The notes under the pieces were generated by a model. That model worked only from the letters and a program-made list of their open reading frames with translations, was not told where the DNA came from and did no database searches. A stretch of 64,000 nt of DNA from an uncultured candidate division Zixibacteria bacterium (GTDB lineage Bacteria; Zixibacteria; MSB-5A5; UBA10806; 4484-95), in contig CAXXKA010000006.1 of the NCBI GenBank assembly GCA_963668625.2, forward strand, positions 416,001-480,000, given 5' to 3'. A program made the position numbers and the translations under genes. Each line of letters opens with the position of its first letter. Positions within the stretch are counted from its first letter, which is position 1. Positions 59,891 through 64,000 of this stretch are shown here, piece after piece.

Positions 59891-60981
59891 AATTGTAAAG
59901 AGTTATCCGGATTATATAATTGTGAAAGAGGATCTAAGCTATCGCCATTAACTTCATTATTCCAAAAAATATTATTTGTAAATGTGTCAAGAGAACTATT
60001 ATTGATTTGAAGACCGCCTCCAGAATTCATTGACCGATTTCTACAGATGGTATTAAAACTTATACTTCCTTGGGAATCGTAGAAAACAATTCCGCCACCA
60101 AATGCCCAACCTGCTGAATTTTGTACAACTATATTGTTAGATAATACTATCAAGGAACACAAACTTACTACTATTCCTCCTGCCCTATCTAGAGCCTCAT
60201 TATCAATGAAGGTGTTATTAGATATTTCCCCTGATGAATGTCCAATATATGCACCACCGCCTGCTTGCCCACAGTAATTATTATTTATTGTACAATTTCT
60301 TATTTCAATATTAGAATACCAAATATTTAGTCCACCTCCCCAATCACCTCCTAGAGAATACCATGAAGTATCAGCCGCTATTGAGCACGAGATCAGACTT
60401 AATTCAGAATTAGTACAAAACAAACCACCCCCTTCAAAACTTGAATTGTTGTAACTTATTTCTGATTCTATTATTTTGATATTCGAGTATTCTGAATATA
60501 TTCCACCGCCAAGTCCCTCATAAGCTTTGTTATGGCTTATCTTAGAATTAATAATTTCAAGAATCGAGTTACTTGTGAAAATCCCTCCGCCATGGGTTAA
60601 TAACCCCTGATTGAGGGCTCTTGCATATCCCTTTTCAATTACGCAATATTTCAATATACATGTGTCGGCGCAGTTTAAGAACCTAATTGCGCCCCAGCCC
60701 GGGTTAACATTCGTAGCTGTAAAAACGATGGAATCATCAGGAGCGCCAAGTGCTTTAAATACAGCGGAAGTATCTATAGTGAAAGTGTAATTGCCCTGGA
60801 AATCGAATATACACCCGGCCTGTATTTCCAGCGATTCACCCTGTGGCACGCGGAGATCACCTACTACCTCGTAAGGGCTATTTTCAGAGGATATAATCCC
60901 CGATATATCTCCTGATATCGGAGTCGCAATGCTTATTACACTGAGCGATAATATAGCGATAGCTGTCATAATATATTTCAT
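59374..60981 (-). CDS. Parallel beta-helix secreted protein, array 2 copy 2
   Basis: Same architecture as copy 1. Confidence 0.9.
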   Translation of the reverse strand: MKYIMTAIAILSLSVISIATPISGDISGIISSENSPYEVVGDLRVPQGESLEIQAGCIFDFQGNYTFTIDTSAVFKALGAPDDSIVFTATNVNPGWGAIRFLNCADTCILKYCVIEKGYARALNQGLLTHGGGIFTSNSILEIINSKISHNKAYEGLGGGIYSEYSNIKIIESEISYNNSSFEGGGLFCTNSELSLISCSIAADTSWYSLGGDWGGGLNIWYSNIEIRNCTINNNYCGQAGGGAYIGHSSGEISNNTFIDNEALDRAGGIVVSLCSLIVLSNNIVVQNSAGWAFGGGIVFYDSQGSISFNTICRNRSMNSGGGLQINNSSLDTFTNNIFWNNEVNGDSLDPLSQLYNPDNSLQLEYSCIQNGWPGEGNIDTDPLFADPDNGDFHITWDNYPSEDETKSPCIDTGAPFSPLDPDSTHADMGALYFNQWISDIDDPIALPERVRLHQNYPNPFNASTLISYELPIASQVKLDIYDILGRHIATLEDGTQPAGSHQVVWNADELASGVYFYKLQAKEYNATRKLMLIK

Positions 60982-61116
60982 CCAATTCTCCTTTTCGCTA
61001 TTAAGATAATAAATAAACTCCATTTGTCAAATATTAACTCTATAAATCTATATAAGCACTAGAATTAACATATTGTAGCTATAATGATTACAAATTTCAT
61101 ACAAGCTTGTATGGTT

Positions 61117-62727
61117 TTATTTAATCAGCATGAGTTTTCTGGTTGCATTGTATTCCTTGGCCTGCAGCTTGTAGAAATACACTCCCGAGGCCAACTCATC
61201 CGCATTCCATACCACCTGATGGCTCCCCGCCGGTTGTGTGCCATCCTCCAGCGTGGCGATATGTCGCCCGAGTATATCGTAGATATCGAGCTTGACCTGT
61301 GAGGCTATCGGCAGCTCGTAGGAAATCAGGGTGGAGGCGTTGAATGGGTTGGGGTAGTTTTGATGAAGTTGCACTCTTTCAGGCAATGCTATCGGATCAT
61401 CGATATCGTTAATCCATTGATTGAAATATAGCGCTCCCATATCGGCGTGGGTGGAATCGGGATCAAGGGGAGACCAGGGCGCGCCGGTATCTATGCAGGG
61501 GGATTTGGTTTCATCCTCGATTGGGTAGTTAGCCCAGGTGATTTGAAAGTCACCGTTATCGGGATCGGCAAACAGCGGATCGGAATCGATATTGCCTTCG
61601 CCCGGCCAGCCGTTTTGGATACAGGAATAAATAAACGATAATGTCGAATCAAGATCGATAATCTGAGCGTTAGGATGTATTTGATCATTATTAACAGAAT
61701 TTGCCCAGATAATATTGTTCTCTAAATTACTAATGGTGCTATTAGCAATATGAAAACCGCCACTGAATGCCGCGCCATTATTACCATAAATCGTATTATT
61801 ACTAATTACCCCGTTAGTATTACCTACCATAACTCCACCTCCCATGCCATATTGAGTTGAATTAAAAGCGATAATGTTATTTACCATATTCAATTCAGGG
61901 CAATTAGTAAAAGAAATACCTCCAGCAGCTTCAAAAGCAGCGTTGCAAAGAATTTTATTATTTTTCATATTCACGGTTGACTGGCTTAATAATACCCCAC
62001 CTCCACTTTGTCCGCAATAATTATCCGAAATAATACAATTATCGATTAAAACATTCGAACGAGTAATTGACAATCCTCCGCCCCAACCGCTTCCTAAAAC
62101 ATACCTGGATGTATCAGCTGAAATAATACTGGAGGATATGGAGATATCTGATTTTGTACAACAAATACCTGCGCCATCCCAACTGGATTTGTTGTTGACT
62201 ATCTCAGATTCAATAATTTCTACAAAGCAAGAATCACCTATAAAAATTCCACCGCCGCTTCCCTCATAAGCTTCGTTTTTCCTGATCGAACTATTTTTTA
62301 TAACTAGATTAGAATTAATAGTATATATACCTCCCCCGAAGGTTTGATCCAATGGTGGAATACTACGGGCAAAACTATGTTCAATTATGCAATGATTTAA
62401 TATACATGTATCACCACAGCTGAAAAACCTTAAAGAACCCCATCCCGGGTTAACATTCGTAGCTGTAAAAACGATGGAATCATCAGGAGCGCCAAGTGCT
62501 TTAAATACAGCGGAAGTATCTATAGTGAAAGTGTAATTGCCCTGGAAATCGAATATACACCCGGCTTGTATTTCAAGCGATTCATCCTGTGGCACGCGGA
62601 GATCACCTACTACCTCGTAAGGGCTATTTTCAGAGGATATAATCCCCGATATATCTCCAGATATCGGAGTCGCAATGCTTATTACACTAAGCGATAATAT
62701 AGCGATAGTTGTCATAATATATTTCAT
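61117..62727 (-). CDS. Parallel beta-helix secreted protein, array 2 copy 3
   Basis: Same architecture as copy 1. Confidence 0.9.
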   Translation of the reverse strand: MKYIMTTIAILSLSVISIATPISGDISGIISSENSPYEVVGDLRVPQDESLEIQAGCIFDFQGNYTFTIDTSAVFKALGAPDDSIVFTATNVNPGWGSLRFFSCGDTCILNHCIIEHSFARSIPPLDQTFGGGIYTINSNLVIKNSSIRKNEAYEGSGGGIFIGDSCFVEIIESEIVNNKSSWDGAGICCTKSDISISSSIISADTSRYVLGSGWGGGLSITRSNVLIDNCIISDNYCGQSGGGVLLSQSTVNMKNNKILCNAAFEAAGGISFTNCPELNMVNNIIAFNSTQYGMGGGVMVGNTNGVISNNTIYGNNGAAFSGGFHIANSTISNLENNIIWANSVNNDQIHPNAQIIDLDSTLSFIYSCIQNGWPGEGNIDSDPLFADPDNGDFQITWANYPIEDETKSPCIDTGAPWSPLDPDSTHADMGALYFNQWINDIDDPIALPERVQLHQNYPNPFNASTLISYELPIASQVKLDIYDILGRHIATLEDGTQPAGSHQVVWNADELASGVYFYKLQAKEYNATRKLMLIK

Positions 62728-62852
62728 CCAATTCTCCTTTTCGCTATTAAGATAATAAATAAACTCCATTTGTCAAATATTAATTGTGCCCGTTACCTAA
62801 GTCTAATAATTAACAAATAACTATCTACGATGTAATTAGAAATTGATATTTA

Positions 62853-62880
62853 AAGATCCCGGGTACAATCCCGGGATCTT
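62853..62880 (-). terminator. Terminator hairpin
   Basis: AAGATCCCGGG/CCCGGGATCTT. Confidence 0.75.
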
Positions 62881-62905
62881 GATTAATACTACTGGTTTTC
62901 AGACT

Positions 62906-64000
62906 CTATTTTTGATGTACATTTGTGTTGTTTTTTGCACGAAGCTTTTTCTCGATGACTGTTATTTCGTCACGAATTGAGTTAACGGGCATCGATTTGA
63001 TCACCTTTTTATTTAATAACAGCGATCCACTATTAGGACAATTAGAACAAAAAACGGGCGCTGAACCACCGCCGAAATAACTTATGAGATAACTAACATC
63101 ACCGCCTATAACTGAGCAATCACCATTAGCGTCCGCAGCATGATACAAGAAATTGGTCGGGCACATGCAGGAATCAGGCGGAACAGTTCCTCCTCTAAAA
63201 TAGTTTACTAGATAGGTGATATCTCCTCCAAGCACACTACCATCACCGTTAGCATCACCGGCAACTGCGTCCGCACAATAATGAACAACTTCAATAGAAT
63301 CCTTATAAAGAATGTAATTGCCTTTCAAACATGAAACGGTAATCCAGCCGGTTGTTTGAGGATTAAGTTTCGGCGTCATATTACCGGTGGAGTTGGTATA
63401 ACCTCTTTCGAAAACCTCATCACCTTTCGATAAAGTCACCATAACATTCGGAATACCTGCCTGAGTTAGACTATCTTTTACAATAATTGTTGTACTATCG
63501 ATACTATAAATCATTACCGAATCTGGATAATCTGCAACTAGATTTCGCGGAGACGTTCCACCCCATAGAAACATTGATGGGTCACCAAACAAGGTGTTAC
63601 CATAAATTATCTCTTTAGAATTTGTTGTACTTTTAATTACATAGTGGGTAGGCCCAATCCGGCTTCCATAGGTGCTACCGTTAGGACCGAATAGCCATTC
63701 TGCACGAGTCATCTCTAAACTTGTAGAGGCGCTGACCCAGCCGACGCGAGTATTATAAGTACCAGCTACTGCTCCTCCATATAGCAATAATTCATCCTCA
63801 GCTAAACATCTCGCATAACCATACCCGTCTGGAGGCAGTTCACCGAAGAAAACATCTTGATCATCGCAATCAAGAGCTCCAAGATAGCACGAAATTGAAA
63901 AATGAACGTATTCTCGTCCCTCATTCTCTATATCGCCTATATATCCCCAGGTAGGATAGTTAGTTGCGCGCCACGTGTCAGTTGTTACGCCTGACCAGTT
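62906..64000 (-). CDS. C25 (gingipain-like) cysteine peptidase with C-terminal dockerin-like domain, 3' part (extends beyond window)
   Basis: Frame open to 64000: FSISCYLG (putative catalytic Cys), CLAE, GGAVA..NTRVGW, LFGDPS; GDANGDG.V.GGD..YL..YF twice with flanking Cys. Confidence 0.85.
   Translation of the reverse strand, partial: NWSGVTTDTWRATNYPTWGYIGDIENEGREYVHFSISCYLGALDCDDQDVFFGELPPDGYGYARCLAEDELLLYGGAVAGTYNTRVGWVSASTSLEMTRAEWLFGPNGSTYGSRIGPTHYVIKSTTNSKEIIYGNTLFGDPSMFLWGGTSPRNLVADYPDSVMIYSIDSTTIIVKDSLTQAGIPNVMVTLSKGDEVFERGYTNSTGNMTPKLNPQTTGWITVSCLKGNYILYKDSIEVVHYCADAVAGDANGDGSVLGGDITYLVNYFRGGTVPPDSCMCPTNFLYHAADANGDCSVIGGDVSYLISYFGGGSAPVFCSNCPNSGSLLLNKKVIKSMPVNSIRDEITVIEKKLRAKNNTNVHQK

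Noticed and set aside
57637-62783. Diversity-generating retroelement as the explanation for the variable paralogs
   Set aside because: No reverse transcriptase or TR/VR pair in the window; differences are not adenine-specific and span ~800 bp.

Overview
Gene-dense bacterial chromosome segment, almost entirely on the minus strand. It most likely comes from an FCB-superphylum lineage, plausibly Zixibacteria-like; this is inferred from ten proteins with a 'QNYPNPFN...LIK' C-terminal sorting domain and a Cys-flanked dockerin protein. Core genes include uvrC, mpg, cysS, ddl, ispD/ispF, queA, ruvCAB/yebC, a stand-alone EF-G paralog and dnaJ-prmA-rsmE. I could not see any rRNA, tRNA, CRISPR array, transposase, integrase or reverse transcriptase. 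The main unusual signals are: (1) two lipoproteins (40740-43161) in which a type IV pilin-like head domain lacking its hydrophobic N-terminal helix is inserted inside an FN3/Ig-like domain; (2) two tandem arrays of secreted-protein genes (6.7-15 kb and 56-62.8 kb) with near-identical, mosaic constant DNA blocks flanking divergent AT-rich passenger regions; (3) a 255-bp MITE with TIRs and a 9-bp target duplication, carrying REP-like hairpins, plus two one-ended copies; (4) a sigma54-type promoter ahead of a structured RNA and a 34-aa membrane peptide; (5) a circularly permuted DNRLRE/CBM96-like domain; (6) two small pseudogenes missed or truncated by the ORF track. All family assignments are from motif recognition by eye; no database searches were run.
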